A DNA stretch of 64,000 nucleotides from Methanocaldococcus sp. 16A (GCA_049860595.1 CP187551.1); one strand, 5' to 3'. Shown: positions 20,085 to 31,622, counted from the stretch's first letter. The notes: a model not told the origin generated them from the letters alone. Numbers and translations are program-made.

Positions 20085-22265
20085 ATGGGAAAAAGAGCAA
20101 AGATGATTGCTAAAATTAAGGAATTGATGGAAAAGTATGATAGAATAAGAAATATTGGAATATGTGCTCACATTGACCATGGAAAAACAACATTATCAGA
20201 TAACTTATTGGCTGGAGCAGGAATGATTTCAAAAGAATTAGCTGGGGAGCAGTTAGCTTTAGACTTTGATGAAGAGGAAGCTCAAAGGGGAATTACAATC
20301 TTCGCTGCAAACGTTTCAATGGTCCACACCTATGAAGGAAAAGAGTATTTAATTAACTTAATTGACACCCCTGGACACGTTGACTTTGGAGGGGACGTTA
20401 CAAGAGCTATGAGAGCTATTGATGGAGCTATAGTTGTAGTATGTGCAGTTGAAGGAGTTATGCCTCAAACAGAAACTGTCTTAAGACAGGCATTAAAAGA
20501 GAGAGTTAAGCCTGTTCTCTTCATCAACAAGGTAGATAGATTAATCAACGAGTTAAAATTAACACCTGAAGAGTTGCAAAGCAGATTTATCAAGATTATT
20601 AATGATATTAACAACTTAATTAGAAAGATGGCTCCAGAAGAATTTAAAGACAAGTGGTTGGTTAAAGTTGAAGATGGAAGTGTTGCGTTTGGTTCAGCTT
20701 ACAACAACTGGGCAATTTCAGTACCATTCATGAAGAAGAGTGGAATTACATTCAAAGATATTATAAAGTATTGTGAAGAGGATAAACAAGATGAATTAGC
20801 TGAGAAAGCTCCATTACACGAAGTTGTTTTAGATATGGTCATTAAGCACTTACCAAGCCCTCCAGAAGCTCAGAAATACAGAATTCCACACTTATGGAAA
20901 GGAGATTTGGAATCAGAAGCTGGAAAGGCTATGCTTAACTGCGACCCTAACGGACCATTGGCAGGGGTTATTACCAAAATTATTGTAGATAAACACGCTG
21001 GAGCTGTTTCTGTCTGCAGATTGTTCAGTGGTAGAATTAAGCAAGGAGACGAAGTTTATATGGTAAATAACCAGCAGAAGGCAAAGATTCAGCAAGTATC
21101 TGTCTTCATGGGTCCAGAAAGAATTCCAGTAGAAAGTATTTCAGCAGGGAACATCTGTGCATTGGTTGGTTTGAAAGAAGCTTCAGCAGGAGAAACAATT
21201 TGTTCCCCAGATAAGATAATTGAGCCATTCGAAGCAATAACACACATTAGTGAGCCTGTTATTACAGTTGCTATTGAAGCTAAGAATACAAAAGATTTAC
21301 CAAAGTTAATTGAAATTTTAAGACAAGTTGCAAGAGAAGACCCAACAGTTAGAGTAGAGATTAATGAAGAAACAGGAGAGCACTTATTAAGTGGTATGGG
21401 AGAGTTGCATATTGAAATTATAACAAAATTAAAAATAGAGAGGGATGCAGGAATTCCAGTTGAGGTAGGGCAGCCAATCGTTGTCTACAGAGAGACAGTA
21501 ACAGGACAATCACCAATGATTGAAAGTAAATCTCCAAACAAGCACAACAAGCTCTACTTCATAGTTGAACCATTAGAAGAGGGAGTTTTACAAGCATATA
21601 AAGAAGGAAAAATCCCAGATGTTGATACAAAGAGAAAATTAGATGATAAGATTGTTCAAGAATTAATTAAGGCTGGAATGGACCCAGAAGAAGCTAAGAG
21701 GGTCATGTGTATCTATGAAGGAAACGTTCTTGTTAATATGACAAGAGGTATTGTTCACTTAGATGAAGTCAAAGAATTGATTATTCAAGGGTTCAAAGAA
21801 GCTATGAGAAATGGTCCATTGGCAGCAGAGAAATGTCAGGGAGTTAAAGTCAAGTTAATGGATGCTGTCTTACACGAAGATGCAATCCACAGAGGGCCAG
21901 CACAAATGATTCCAGCAGCAAGATTTGGTATTAGAGATGCAATGATGCAAGCAAATCCAGTATTGTTAGAGCCAATGCAGTTCGTCTATATTAACACACC
22001 TCAGGACTTCATGGGAGCTGCAATGAGAGAAATTAGCAACAGAAGAGGGCAAATCTTAGATATGGAGCAAGAGGGAGATATGGCAATTATTAAAGCTAAG
22101 TGTCCTGTTGCAGAGATGTTTGGATTCGCAGGAGCTATTAGAGGAGCTACACAGGGTAGATGTCTCTGGAGTATAGAGTTTGCAGGATATGAAAGAGTTC
22201 CAAGAGAGATGCAAGAGCAATTAATTAAGCAGATTAGAGAAAGAAAAGGACTTAAATTAGAATAA
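20085..22265 (+). CDS. fusA: Elongation factor EF-2
   Basis: [21 protein letters not shown], diphthamide motif LHEDAIHRG. Confidence 0.98.
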   Translation: MGKRAKMIAKIKELMEKYDRIRNIGICAHIDHGKTTLSDNLLAGAGMISKELAGEQLALDFDEEEAQRGITIFAANVSMVHTYEGKEYLINLIDTPGHVDFGGDVTRAMRAIDGAIVVVCAVEGVMPQTETVLRQALKERVKPVLFINKVDRLINELKLTPEELQSRFIKIINDINNLIRKMAPEEFKDKWLVKVEDGSVAFGSAYNNWAISVPFMKKSGITFKDIIKYCEEDKQDELAEKAPLHEVVLDMVIKHLPSPPEAQKYRIPHLWKGDLESEAGKAMLNCDPNGPLAGVITKIIVDKHAGAVSVCRLFSGRIKQGDEVYMVNNQQKAKIQQVSVFMGPERIPVESISAGNICALVGLKEASAGETICSPDKIIEPFEAITHISEPVITVAIEAKNTKDLPKLIEILRQVAREDPTVRVEINEETGEHLLSGMGELHIEIITKLKIERDAGIPVEVGQPIVVYRETVTGQSPMIESKSPNKHNKLYFIVEPLEEGVLQAYKEGKIPDVDTKRKLDDKIVQELIKAGMDPEEAKRVMCIYEGNVLVNMTRGIVHLDEVKELIIQGFKEAMRNGPLAAEKCQGVKVKLMDAVLHEDAIHRGPAQMIPAARFGIRDAMMQANPVLLEPMQFVYINTPQDFMGAAMREISNRRGQILDMEQEGDMAIIKAKCPVAEMFGFAGAIRGATQGRCLWSIEFAGYERVPREMQEQLIKQIRERKGLKLE

Positions 22266-22304
22266 CTCTAAAATTATTTTTTAATTTATTTTTTGACACT
22301 ATGA

Positions 22305-22320
22305 CCAAAAGGTTTATATA
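22305..22320 (+). promoter_or_regulatory. BRE-TATA promoter for tuf-rps10
   Basis: CCAAAAG-G-TTTATATA after a T-rich terminator-like tract following fusA. Confidence 0.6.
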
Positions 22321-22456
22321 CCCCCTAACTAATACTTATATCACCACAAACCACAAATTGTGTATTCTAATTCTAACTTTGTTAAGTTAAACTTAACCCC
22401 ATTTTGTCAATATAATAAACAAAAATAAAAAAATAAAAGAAAATTGGTGATGAAAT

Positions 22457-23743
22457 ATGGCAAAGCAAAAACCAGTATTAAACGTAGCATTCATTGGACA
22501 CGTCGATGCAGGTAAGTCAACAACAGTCGGTAGATTGTTATACGACAGTGGTGCTATCGACCCACAGTTATTAGAAAAATTGAAAAGAGAAGCTCAAGAG
22601 AGAGGTAAGGCAGGATTCGAGTTTGCTTACGTTATGGACAACTTGAAAGAAGAGAGAGAAAGAGGGGTTACAATTGATGTAGCTCACAAGAAATTCGAAA
22701 CTCCAAAATATGAAGTTACAATCGTTGACTGTCCAGGACACAGAGACTTCATTAAAAACATGATTACAGGAGCTTCACAGGCAGATGCTGCTGTCTTAGT
22801 TGTTGATGTTAACGACGCTAAGACAGGAATTCAGCCACAAACAAGAGAGCACATGTTCTTAGCAAGAACATTAGGTATTAAGCAAATCGCAGTTGCTATC
22901 AACAAGATGGATACTGTTAACTACAGCCAAGAAGAATACGAAAAAATGAAGAAGTTATTATCAGATCAGTTATTAAAAGTTTTAGGTTACAACCCAGACC
23001 AAATTGACTTCATTCCAACAGCTTCATTGAAAGGAGACAACGTTGTTAAGAAATCAGAAAACATGCCATGGTACAAAGGTCCAACATTAGTTGAAGCATT
23101 AGACAAGTTCCAACCACCAGAAAAACCAACAAACTTACCATTGAGAATTCCAATCCAAGATGTCTATTCAATTACAGGGGTTGGAACTGTTCCAGTTGGA
23201 AGAGTCGAAACTGGTATCTTAAAACCAGGAGACAAAGTAGTCTTTGAACCTGCAGGAGTCCAAGGAGAAGTTAAATCAATCGAAATGCACCACGAACAAA
23301 TACCACAAGCAGAACCTGGAGACAACATCGGATTCAACGTTAGAGGAGTTAGTAAGAAAGACATTAAGAGAGGAGACGTCTGTGGACATCCAGACAACCC
23401 ACCAACAGTTGCTGAAGAATTCACAGCTCAAATCGTTGTCTTACAACACCCAACAGCAATTACAGTTGGTTACACACCAGTCTTCCACGCACACACAGCA
23501 CAAGTTGCATGTACATTTATAGAGTTGTTGAAGAAATTAGACCCAAGAACAGGGCAAGTTATTGAAGAAAACCCACAATTCTTAAAAACAGGAGATGCTG
23601 CTATAGTTAAAATTAAACCAACAAAACCAATGGTCATTGAAAACGTTAGAGAAATTCCACAATTAGGAAGATTCGCTATCAGAGATATGGGTATGACAAT
23701 CGCTGCTGGTATGGCAATTGATGTTAAAGCTAAGAATAAATAA
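22457..23743 (+). CDS. tuf: Elongation factor EF-1 alpha
   Basis: [18 protein letters not shown]; strong high-expression codon bias (AAC/GAC/TTC/ATC). Confidence 0.98.
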   Translation: MAKQKPVLNVAFIGHVDAGKSTTVGRLLYDSGAIDPQLLEKLKREAQERGKAGFEFAYVMDNLKEERERGVTIDVAHKKFETPKYEVTIVDCPGHRDFIKNMITGASQADAAVLVVDVNDAKTGIQPQTREHMFLARTLGIKQIAVAINKMDTVNYSQEEYEKMKKLLSDQLLKVLGYNPDQIDFIPTASLKGDNVVKKSENMPWYKGPTLVEALDKFQPPEKPTNLPLRIPIQDVYSITGVGTVPVGRVETGILKPGDKVVFEPAGVQGEVKSIEMHHEQIPQAEPGDNIGFNVRGVSKKDIKRGDVCGHPDNPPTVAEEFTAQIVVLQHPTAITVGYTPVFHAHTAQVACTFIELLKKLDPRTGQVIEENPQFLKTGDAAIVKIKPTKPMVIENVREIPQLGRFAIRDMGMTIAAGMAIDVKAKNK

Positions 23744-23825
23744 ATCCCATAAATTTCCTTTTAATTAATTTTTAAATCCTATTCTATATTTTTTTATATT
23801 TTTAAAGAGGTTAAGAGGGAGGAGT

Positions 23826-24131
23826 ATGCAAAGAGCAAGAATTAAGTTATCAAGTACAGACCACAAAGTTTTAGATGAAATTTGTAGACAAATAAAAGAG
23901 ATTGCTGAAAAAACAGGAGTAGATATTTCAGGACCTATACCATTACCAACAAAGGTATTAAGAGTTGTTACAAGAAAGAGTCCTGATGGAGAGGGTTCAT
24001 CAACATTTGACAGATGGACAATGAAAATCCACAAAAGATTAATTGACATTGATGCAGATGAGAGAGCTTTAAGACACATTATGAAAATTAGAATCCCAGA
24101 CAATGTTCAAATAGAGATACAGTTTAAATAA
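23826..24131 (+). CDS. rps10: 30S ribosomal protein S10
   Basis: [22 protein letters not shown]. Confidence 0.98.
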   Translation: MQRARIKLSSTDHKVLDEICRQIKEIAEKTGVDISGPIPLPTKVLRVVTRKSPDGEGSSTFDRWTMKIHKRLIDIDADERALRHIMKIRIPDNVQIEIQFK

Positions 24132-24175
24132 AATAGTGTGACTATTTTTATAAAGTAAATTTTCATAGGCAAAAA

Positions 24176-24206
24176 CGTTGCAATCTGAACAGTGAGGATT
24201 GCAACG
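24176..24206 (+). other. Stand-alone K-loop hairpin (putative L7Ae site or small structured RNA)
   Basis: CGTTGCAAT-CTGA-ACA-GTGAGGA-TTGCAACG: D'-box/C'-box pair on a perfect stem, followed by a T-tract. Confidence 0.55.
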
Positions 24207-24232
24207 AATTATTTTTTTATTTTTTAATTTTG

Positions 24233-24880
24233 TTATTTAATCCCTCTTAATTTTTTGAACAACCTAACTCTCTCAAGAATCTTTTTCTTTATCTCTTCAA
24301 TTCCTTTACCTTCTTTCAATATAGCTGGAACTATAAATTTCCACTGATGCCATGGTGGCTGACATTTTAGATATTCACAGATACCATCTAAAACTTCATC
24401 CCATTCATCTTTTTTTATCTTATCCATTTTATTTGCCACTAAAATTGGACTTATTTTCAAATCAGTTATAAAGTCAAACATCTCTAAATCAATTGGAATT
24501 TCCCCTCTTTCTTTCCATCTCTCAACAATTTCAAAAAATGCCTTTGCATCTATAATTTGAACTGCTGCAGCTATTTCATCAGCATGGTTTTCTATGTAAT
24601 GAACAATCTCATCTTTAATCTTTTCTTGAACTTTTCTTGGCAACCCTGCCATATAACCAAAACCTGGCATATCTACCAAAATATACTCACCCATATCATA
24701 TTCATTAATTTTTAAAGTAACTCCTGGTTTTTTTCCTACTCTAATATCTTTTCTCCCAGTCATTAATCTAACAAAAGTGGATTTACCAACATTACTTCTA
24801 CCAACAACTACAACTTTTGGTTTAGCCCTTTTTTCATCATATTTTTCTTTTAAATTTTTGTATCTCTCAAAAAAGTCCAT
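24233..24880 (-). CDS. engB: GTP-binding protein EngB (YihA-like)
   Basis: [22 protein letters not shown]. Confidence 0.93.
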   Translation of the reverse strand: MDFFERYKNLKEKYDEKRAKPKVVVVGRSNVGKSTFVRLMTGRKDIRVGKKPGVTLKINEYDMGEYILVDMPGFGYMAGLPRKVQEKIKDEIVHYIENHADEIAAAVQIIDAKAFFEIVERWKERGEIPIDLEMFDFITDLKISPILVANKMDKIKKDEWDEVLDGICEYLKCQPPWHQWKFIVPAILKEGKGIEEIKKKILERVRLFKKLRGIK

Positions 24881-24959
24881 GATTATCACATAACACTATT
24901 TTTTATTTTTTAAATTTTTAAAGCAAAAAGAGTAAAATAAATTATTATAATTAATTTAA

Positions 24960-25253
24960 TTAATATCTATCCTGTGGAGTTCTAACTTCTTCAATAATCT
25001 TTTTACCAGCAACAACTTCATCTATACTGTGAATAGTCCCTCCCAAGCTTTCAACAATTTTCTGTATTTCATCGAAATCTAAATTATTCCCTTCAATTGT
25101 TACTTTAACATTTTCTGTCTCTTTATCTATCTCATAAACTGTAATATTAACCCCATCAATATTTGATAATGATGTTAATTTTAACGCCATATCTGTTATT
25201 TTTGGTTCATGCGGCTTTAGTATATCTAAAACAATTCTTCTAATGCCGTTCAA
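24960..25253 (-). CDS. DUF211 family protein
   Basis: [14 protein letters not shown]...[10 protein letters not shown]. Confidence 0.85.
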   Translation of the reverse strand: MNGIRRIVLDILKPHEPKITDMALKLTSLSNIDGVNITVYEIDKETENVKVTIEGNNLDFDEIQKIVESLGGTIHSIDEVVAGKKIIEEVRTPQDRY

Positions 25254-25423
25254 TTTTATCCCTCTAAATCTTTTTAGTTAATATTTTATTTTCATTGAAT
25301 TATTTAAGGTTATTGTTAATATATCTTTATTTATGGATTTATGGAATATTAAGTATCAAATGATAAGATATTAATAACACTTAAGATAAATTATAATTGT
25401 TAAAATCTTAATGGAGGGAAACT

Positions 25424-26329
25424 ATGGAAATAAATGGGGTATATATTGAAGACACATTTGCAGAAGCATTCCCAATATGGGTGTCAAGAGTTTTAATAAC
25501 AGCTGCTACAAAGAAATGGGCTAAGATTGCAGCTACAGAAGCTACTGGTTTTGGATGCTCTGTTATAATGTGTCCAGCAGAGGCAGGAATTGAAAAATAT
25601 GTCCCACCATCAGAAACACCAGACGGAAGACCAGGATATATAATACAGATATGCCACCCTAAGAAGTCAGAATTAGAGCACCAAATGTTAGAAAGATTAG
25701 GACAGTGTGTATTGACCTGCCCAACAACCGCTATTTTTGATGCAATGGGAGATAAAGCTGATGAGCAATTAAAAGTTGGATTTAAGTTGAAGTTTTTCGG
25801 AGACGGTTATGAGAAGAAAGATGAATTATATGGAAGAAAAGTTTATAAAGTTCCAATTATGGGAGGAGAATTTATAACTGAGGCTAAGTTTGGAATTAAG
25901 AAAGGTGTTGCAGGAGGAAACTTCTTTATAATGGCAGATACAAATGCTTCTGCTTTAATTGCTGCTGAAGCGGCTGTTGATGCAATATCAAATGTTGAAG
26001 GTGTTATAACCCCATTCCCAGGAGGAGTTGTAGCTTCAGGAAGTAAAGTTGGAGCAAGCAATCCAAAATACAAGTTTATGGTAGCTACAACAAACCACAA
26101 AATGTGTCCAACATTGAAAGGAGTTGTTGAAGATTCAGAAGTTCCAGAAGATGTAAATGGAGTTTATGAGATAGTTATTGATGGAACTGATGAAGAAGCA
26201 GTTAAAGAGGCAATGAAACAAGGTATTTTAGCAGCTACAAAAGTTCCAGGAGTTAAGAAAATTACTGCTGGAAACTATGGAGGTAAGTTGGGTAAATATC
26301 AAATTAACTTAAGAGAATTATTTGAATAA
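25424..26329 (+). CDS. ftr: Formylmethanofuran--H4MPT N-formyltransferase
   Basis: [34 protein letters not shown]. Confidence 0.97.
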   Translation: MEINGVYIEDTFAEAFPIWVSRVLITAATKKWAKIAATEATGFGCSVIMCPAEAGIEKYVPPSETPDGRPGYIIQICHPKKSELEHQMLERLGQCVLTCPTTAIFDAMGDKADEQLKVGFKLKFFGDGYEKKDELYGRKVYKVPIMGGEFITEAKFGIKKGVAGGNFFIMADTNASALIAAEAAVDAISNVEGVITPFPGGVVASGSKVGASNPKYKFMVATTNHKMCPTLKGVVEDSEVPEDVNGVYEIVIDGTDEEAVKEAMKQGILAATKVPGVKKITAGNYGGKLGKYQINLRELFE

Positions 26330-26351
26330 ATTTTCATTTTTGGTTATTTTA

Positions 26352-26544
26352 AATAGGACTTTCGCAGAAATAACTAATAACAATGAACTTTGATGCCAGA
26401 GGTATCTAATAACGGTTTGAATGCAGAAAATAATATAACTTATTGACTTAATTGAAGCCAGTGGCTTCAAAACTACCTTAGTATATATAAAGTGCATTCA
26501 AACCGTTATACCTTATTTAATATATAAACTGCGAAAGTCCTATT
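26352..26544. mobile_element. Family A palindromic element carrying a nested family C element
   Basis: Outer TIR AATAGGACTTTCGCAG...CTGCGAAAGTCCTATT; 193 bp versus about 95 bp for simple copies. Confidence 0.85.
26409..26509. mobile_element. Palindromic MITE-like element, family C (nested)
   Basis: Perfect 17-bp TIR ATAACGGTTTGAATGCA; central hairpin TTGAAGCCA-G-TGGCTTCAA. Confidence 0.85.
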
Positions 26545-26616
26545 AATTCCTTTTTTATTATATTAAATTTATAAACAAAATTTAAATAGTTGATGATTTA
26601 AAACTAAATAAATAGC

Positions 26617-26640
26617 TTTATTCCTTGCGAAAGTCCTATT
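26617..26640. repeat. Solo end of a family A element
   Basis: TTTATTCCTTGCGAAAGTCCTATT. Confidence 0.65.
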
Positions 26641-26675
26641 TAAAATCTTAATAAAACCATTAGGAGGTTTTTGGT

Positions 26676-27350
26676 TTGAAGCCAAAATATGCATTAAGAA
26701 AGGATATGATTGGAGAATTTACACTAAATAAATCTTTTAATACCTATAGAGGTAAGGTTTTAAAAGCTGATTTTAACGGACCTATAGAAGGCATAGTAAT
26801 GAAAAACAAAAAAGAGCAAATATATTTTTATCCTCTTTTAGCTTTGCACATGGTTAAACCTATGAATTGTGTACCCATAAATGTTATTCCAAAAACATCT
26901 CTCCCTACAAATCCAAAAAATGTACATATTAAAGAGGCATTATCGAGAATTGTTGGTAGAACTTTGAAAGTCTATTATGAGTCTCCAAAAACATCTTATT
27001 TGGGAAGATTGTTAGGTTTTACAAGAGGAATTTTCTCATGGACTTTAGTTTTAGAGATACATGGAGAGGTAGTTTTATTGTTTAATCCAGATTATATTGT
27101 CTATTATGGAACAACGTGGAAGTTTTTAAAAAATAATCCTCCATACAAACCACCAAGATTGATGAATGTTACAAAAACAGCTAACTATTTAAAGAGATGT
27201 CTATTAGAAGATGTAATTATAGAGCCAGAATATCCAAGAATAAATATTGAAAATAAGGTTTTTGTTTATCCTTATGGGGTAGTTTCTAAGGATGATTATT
27301 TAGGAAAAACAGTTGAAGACATATTAAAAGAAAAAGAGTTCTTAATTTAA
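26676..27350 (+). CDS. Conserved hypothetical protein (possibly tandem Sm/LSm-like domains)
   Basis: 224 aa, GGAGG RBS before TTG; two Sm1/Sm2-like segments seen by eye. Confidence 0.8.
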   Translation: MKPKYALRKDMIGEFTLNKSFNTYRGKVLKADFNGPIEGIVMKNKKEQIYFYPLLALHMVKPMNCVPINVIPKTSLPTNPKNVHIKEALSRIVGRTLKVYYESPKTSYLGRLLGFTRGIFSWTLVLEIHGEVVLLFNPDYIVYYGTTWKFLKNNPPYKPPRLMNVTKTANYLKRCLLEDVIIEPEYPRINIENKVFVYPYGVVSKDDYLGKTVEDILKEKEFLI

Positions 27351-27513
27351 AGATAATTAAAAGATAATTGATAAAATCTATTTTTAACAGTTAAAGATTT
27401 TAAAAATTTTAAAATTTTCTTTTTTGTTAGTATCTTTCTAATTTAATCAAAAATGGTTTATAATGCTCTATTTTTTTATATAAAAGCTCAAAAAATTTTA
27501 ATTTATTTCAACA

Positions 27514-27529
27514 CCGAAGAGTTTATATA
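27514..27529 (+). promoter_or_regulatory. BRE-TATA promoter of pdaD
   Basis: CCGAAGA-G-TTTATATA. Confidence 0.6.
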
Positions 27530-27622
27530 TGAGTAATCATTATTTACACTAAAAAATTCTATCACTGTTATATATACTCGTTCATAAATTGAGAAAAACA
27601 TGCGTTTTTGGAGGTGCATTGG

Positions 27623-28120
27623 ATGAATGCTGAAATAAACCCTCTTCATGCTTATTTTAAACTACCAAATACTGTTTCTTTAGTAGCAGGTAGTAGTGAA
27701 GGAGAAACTCCACTAAATGCTTTTGATGGAGCTTTGTTAGATGCAGGTATAGGGAATGTTAATTTAATTAGAATAAGTAGTATAATGCCTCCAGGAGCTG
27801 AGATTGTACCTCTTCCTAAATTACCAATGGGAGCTTTAGTTCCAACAGCTTATGGTTATATTATCAGTGATGTCCCAGGAGAAACAATAGCAGCAGCAAT
27901 AAGTATTGCTATTCCAAAAGATAAGAGCTTATGTGGTTTAATTATGGAATATGAAGGAAAATGTTCAAAAAAAGAGGCTGAAAAAACAGTTAGAGAGATG
28001 GCAAAAATAGGATTTGAAATGAGAGGCTGGGAATTAGATAGGATTGAATCAATTGCTACTGAACATACAGTAGAAAAACTTGGATGTGCGTTTGCTGCAG
28101 CTGCATTGTGGTATAAATAA
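27623..28120 (+). CDS. pdaD: Pyruvoyl-dependent arginine decarboxylase
   Basis: [26 protein letters not shown] with Ser-Ser self-cleavage site. Confidence 0.95.
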   Translation: MNAEINPLHAYFKLPNTVSLVAGSSEGETPLNAFDGALLDAGIGNVNLIRISSIMPPGAEIVPLPKLPMGALVPTAYGYIISDVPGETIAAAISIAIPKDKSLCGLIMEYEGKCSKKEAEKTVREMAKIGFEMRGWELDRIESIATEHTVEKLGCAFAAAALWYK

Positions 28121-28283
28121 GTAAATTAAAATGATTAAAATAAAATCCAAAAATTTAAAACAATACTAAACAATTAAATATGATTAAAATTAATAATTAT
28201 TTGAAGTAAATAATTTAAAGATAATTTTGTTTTAAATTTTTTTGTCTAATTATTGTTTTAATATTGTTTGGGAGGTGAAAAAC

Positions 28284-28655
28284 ATGTTAGAATATTTAGG
28301 AAAACACTTAATATTAGAGTTATGGGGGTGTGACCCAAAAGCATTAGATGACGTTGAAGGGATAGAGAAGATGTTGGTAGATAGTGTAAAGGCATGTGGA
28401 GCAACATTAATCTGTGTAAAAACTCACAAGTTTTCTCCTCAAGGAGCTACAGGAGTAGCTGTTTTAGCAGAAAGCCATATATCAATCCATACCTGGCCCG
28501 AACTTGGATATGCGGCTATGGATATATTTACATGTGGAGCTCATGTTGAACCTGCAAAAGCAATACCAGTTATTAAAGAGTTTTTAAAACCAAAGCATAT
28601 TGAGATTTTAGATTTAAAGAGAGGAATAAGACTAAATGAAGGTGATGTTGAGTGA
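28284..28655 (+). CDS. speH: S-adenosylmethionine decarboxylase proenzyme
   Basis: [13 protein letters not shown]...DIFTCG. Confidence 0.93.
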   Translation: MLEYLGKHLILELWGCDPKALDDVEGIEKMLVDSVKACGATLICVKTHKFSPQGATGVAVLAESHISIHTWPELGYAAMDIFTCGAHVEPAKAIPVIKEFLKPKHIEILDLKRGIRLNEGDVE

Positions 28656-29533
28656 ATCAAAACAACAATTTTAAATGTCATATATGGTTTACGGAGTATC
28701 ATAACAACAATGTAGCTTTGTCCGTTAGAGTTAAGGATATCTTATATATGGACAAATCTGAATTCCAAGAAATAGAGATTATCGACACCTATGACTTTGG
28801 AAAGGTTTTAGTCTTAGATAACACTTTTCAAACAACAGAGAGAGATGAATTTATATATCATGAGTTAATTGCTCATATACCTCTTTTCACACATCCAAAT
28901 CCAAAGAATGTTTTAGTTATTGGAGGAGGAGATGGAGGAACTGTTAGAGAGGTAGTTAAGCACAAATCAGTAGAAACTGTGGATTTTGTTGAGTTAGATA
29001 GAAAAGTTATTGAAGCTTGTAAAAAACATATGCCAAAACTAAGTTGCGAAATTGATAATGAAAAGGTTAATTTGATAATAACAGATGGAATTAAATATGT
29101 TGCTGAAACTGACAAAAAGTATGATGTAATTATCGTTGATTGCCCAGACCCTGTTGGACCTGCTAAGGGGTTATTTGAGAAAGAGTTTTATAAAAATGTA
29201 TTTAAATGTCTAAAAGATGATGGAGTTATGGTTCAGCAGTCAGAAAGCCCATTGTACAACTTGGATTTAATACAAAATATCTGTAGATATTTAAAAGATG
29301 CAGGATTTAAGATAATTATGCCTTATACTTATCCAATGCCAACATATCCAAGTGGATTCTGGAGCTTTACATTAGCATCTAAAAAATACAACCCATTAGA
29401 AGTTGATGAAGTAAGAATAAAAGAAGCTTTAAAAGATATGGAAACTAAGTACTATGATGAAGAAGTTCATAAGGGAATATTCCTAGCCTCTCCAAAATTT
29501 TTAAAAGATGCGGTAAAAAAAGCTATTGAATAA
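28652..29533 (+). CDS. speE: Polyamine aminopropyltransferase (spermidine synthase)
   Basis: [28 protein letters not shown]. Confidence 0.95.
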   Translation: MNQNNNFKCHIWFTEYHNNNVALSVRVKDILYMDKSEFQEIEIIDTYDFGKVLVLDNTFQTTERDEFIYHELIAHIPLFTHPNPKNVLVIGGGDGGTVREVVKHKSVETVDFVELDRKVIEACKKHMPKLSCEIDNEKVNLIITDGIKYVAETDKKYDVIIVDCPDPVGPAKGLFEKEFYKNVFKCLKDDGVMVQQSESPLYNLDLIQNICRYLKDAGFKIIMPYTYPMPTYPSGFWSFTLASKKYNPLEVDEVRIKEALKDMETKYYDEEVHKGIFLASPKFLKDAVKKAIE

Positions 29534-29556
29534 ATTATCTCTTTTAACTTTAATAT

Positions 29557-29653
29557 TATAGACCTTTTCGTAGAATAAAAATTTTTATTGAATATAAACA
29601 CCTAAAGGTATCAAAGTTATCCATATTTTATATTAAGCTGAGAAAGTCCTATA
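29557..29653. mobile_element. Family A palindromic element (degenerate)
   Basis: TATAGACCTTTTCGTAG ... CTGAGAAAGTCCTATA; interior matches other copies. Confidence 0.75.
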
Positions 29654-29671
29654 TTAATACAGGGTGGTTGA

Positions 29672-30526
29672 ATGAAACATTATTTTGTTGATTCATCTAA
29701 ATTTATAATGGCAAATAACTCATTTGAAGAAGCTGATGGAGTTATATTTTCAATACCTTATGATGAAACTACTTCCTTCAAGCCAGGAACAAGGGAAGGA
29801 GGAAATGCTATAAGAATGGCATCATGGGGTTTGGAAACATATAGTCCTATCTTAAATAGAGATTTGTCAGAGTTAAGATATTGTGATTTAAAAGATTTAG
29901 ATTTGTATGGAAGCCAAATGGAAATATTTAACACAATACATCATGTCTCAAGAGAAATATTAAAAAAAGATAAAAAAATAATTATTTTTGGCGGAGAGCA
30001 TTCTATAACTTATCCAATAATTAAAGCTGTAAAAGATATCTATGATGATTTTATTGTCATCCAATTCGATGCCCACTGTGATTTAAGAGATGAGTATTTG
30101 GGAAATAAATTATCTCATGCTTGCGTTATGAGGAGAGTTTATGAATTGACTAAAGATATATTTCAATTTGGTATTAGAAGTGGAGATAAAGAAGAGTGGG
30201 ATTTTGCAAAGAAAAACAATCTCTATTTAAAAATGGATTTGATGAATGAGGAGGATTTAGAATATATAAAGAGTTTAGATAAACCGATATACGTAACTAT
30301 AGATATTGATGTATTAGACCCTGCCTATGCCCCAGGAACTGGAACTCCAGAACCTTGTGGTTTTTCAACAAGAGAGCTCTTTAACTCCATATATTTATTA
30401 AAAGATGTTAAGGATAGAATTATTGGATTTGATATTGTTGAAGTTTCACCAATTTATGATATTGCTAATATTACAGCAATAACAGCGGCAAAAATAGCGA
30501 GAGAGCTTATGTTAATGATTTTATAG
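29672..30526 (+). CDS. speB: Agmatinase (ureohydrolase)
   Basis: [24 protein letters not shown]. Confidence 0.95.
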   Translation: MKHYFVDSSKFIMANNSFEEADGVIFSIPYDETTSFKPGTREGGNAIRMASWGLETYSPILNRDLSELRYCDLKDLDLYGSQMEIFNTIHHVSREILKKDKKIIIFGGEHSITYPIIKAVKDIYDDFIVIQFDAHCDLRDEYLGNKLSHACVMRRVYELTKDIFQFGIRSGDKEEWDFAKKNNLYLKMDLMNEEDLEYIKSLDKPIYVTIDIDVLDPAYAPGTGTPEPCGFSTRELFNSIYLLKDVKDRIIGFDIVEVSPIYDIANITAITAAKIARELMLMIL

Positions 30527-30535
30527 GCACTTTTG

Positions 30536-30729
30536 AATAGAACTTTCGCAGATATATATTTAATAAATAAGGGAAATATGAGGCCTTTGGCATCAATAAC
30601 AGTCTGAATGCATTTTTTATGTTTATAATGGTAATTTTGAAGCCAAAGGTTTCATATATTCCATAATAGACATTATCCCAGCATTCAAACAGTTATACCT
30701 TAAAAATTTATTCCTGCGAAAGTCATATT
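30536..30729. mobile_element. Family A palindromic element carrying a nested family C element
   Basis: AATAGAACTTTCGCAG ... CTGCGAAAGTCATATT; 194 bp. Confidence 0.8.
30596..30696. mobile_element. Palindromic MITE-like element, family C (nested)
   Basis: ATAACAGTCTGAATGC ... GCATTCAAACAGTTAT; central TGAAGCC-AAA-GGTTTCA; 101 bp like the 26409 copy. Confidence 0.8.
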
Positions 30730-30846
30730 GAGCATAAGTGTGAAAAATATTTTATGGTTATTTTTAAAAAATTTATCATTATTTTTCATTATTTTTGTGA
30801 AAACGCTTTTTTTGTAATTTAAATTTTTTATGCTTTGTAATTAAAT

Positions 30847-30861
30847 CGAAAAGTATATATA
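30847..30861 (+). promoter_or_regulatory. BRE-TATA promoter of the DUF169 gene
   Basis: CGAAAAG-TATATATA. Confidence 0.6.
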
Positions 30862-30917
30862 CTTGGGAATACAATATATAGTTCGTAGGACATACACAAC
30901 CATTCACGGGTGAGAGC

Positions 30918-31622
30918 ATGGAAGTTAATGAAATAAGAGAATATGGAAAAAAATTAATGGAATTAATGATGTTAGACAAACCATTTGTTGCTGTAAAATT
31001 AGCAAAATCAAAAGATGAAATTCCAGAAGGTTATGAAGAATTGGCAGAAGAAAAAAGACACTGTGAAATGATTCAAATTGCAAGATTAGAAAGGAAGAAA
31101 ATATATGCGACATTAGATAAACATCTCTGTAAGGGAGGGGCTTATGCAATTGGTGTCTTTAGAAACCCACCAGAACCATTGGCAACAGGAAAATTATATG
31201 TCAAATTAGGAAACTTTAAGGATGAAGAAGCTGCTAAAAAAACCGTTGAAGCTATACCAAGAGTTGAAGATGAGATTTATGCATCTGTTTATGCCCCATT
31301 AGATGAAGCTGATTTCGTCCCAGATTCAATAGTATTCATTGGAGAGCCATTGTATGCGTTAAGATTAGTTCAGGCAATGCTCTACCACAAAGGTGGAAGA
31401 TTCCAAGCAGATTTCTCAGGAATTCAGTCATTATGTGCTGATGCAGTTGCAGCAGTTTATACAAGAAAAGCACCTAACATGACATTAGGTTGTAACGGTT
31501 CAAGAAAATATGCAGGTATACAGCCAGGAGAAGTTGTTGTGGCCTTCCCACCAGAAAAATTGAAAGATATTGTCGAAGCAATTGAACACTTCAGACAAGT
31601 ATGGACATGTGATAGCCACTAA
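30918..31622 (+). CDS. DUF169 family protein
   Basis: RHCEM, CKGGAYAIG, QSLCADA, LGCNGSRKYA conserved Cys motifs. Confidence 0.85.
   Translation: MEVNEIREYGKKLMELMMLDKPFVAVKLAKSKDEIPEGYEELAEEKRHCEMIQIARLERKKIYATLDKHLCKGGAYAIGVFRNPPEPLATGKLYVKLGNFKDEEAAKKTVEAIPRVEDEIYASVYAPLDEADFVPDSIVFIGEPLYALRLVQAMLYHKGGRFQADFSGIQSLCADAVAAVYTRKAPNMTLGCNGSRKYAGIQPGEVVVAFPPEKLKDIVEAIEHFRQVWTCDSH

Noticed and set aside
24132-24232. tRNA gene after rps10 (present in some archaea)
   Set aside because: No cloverleaf or TTCG-loop arm; only the K-loop hairpin is present.
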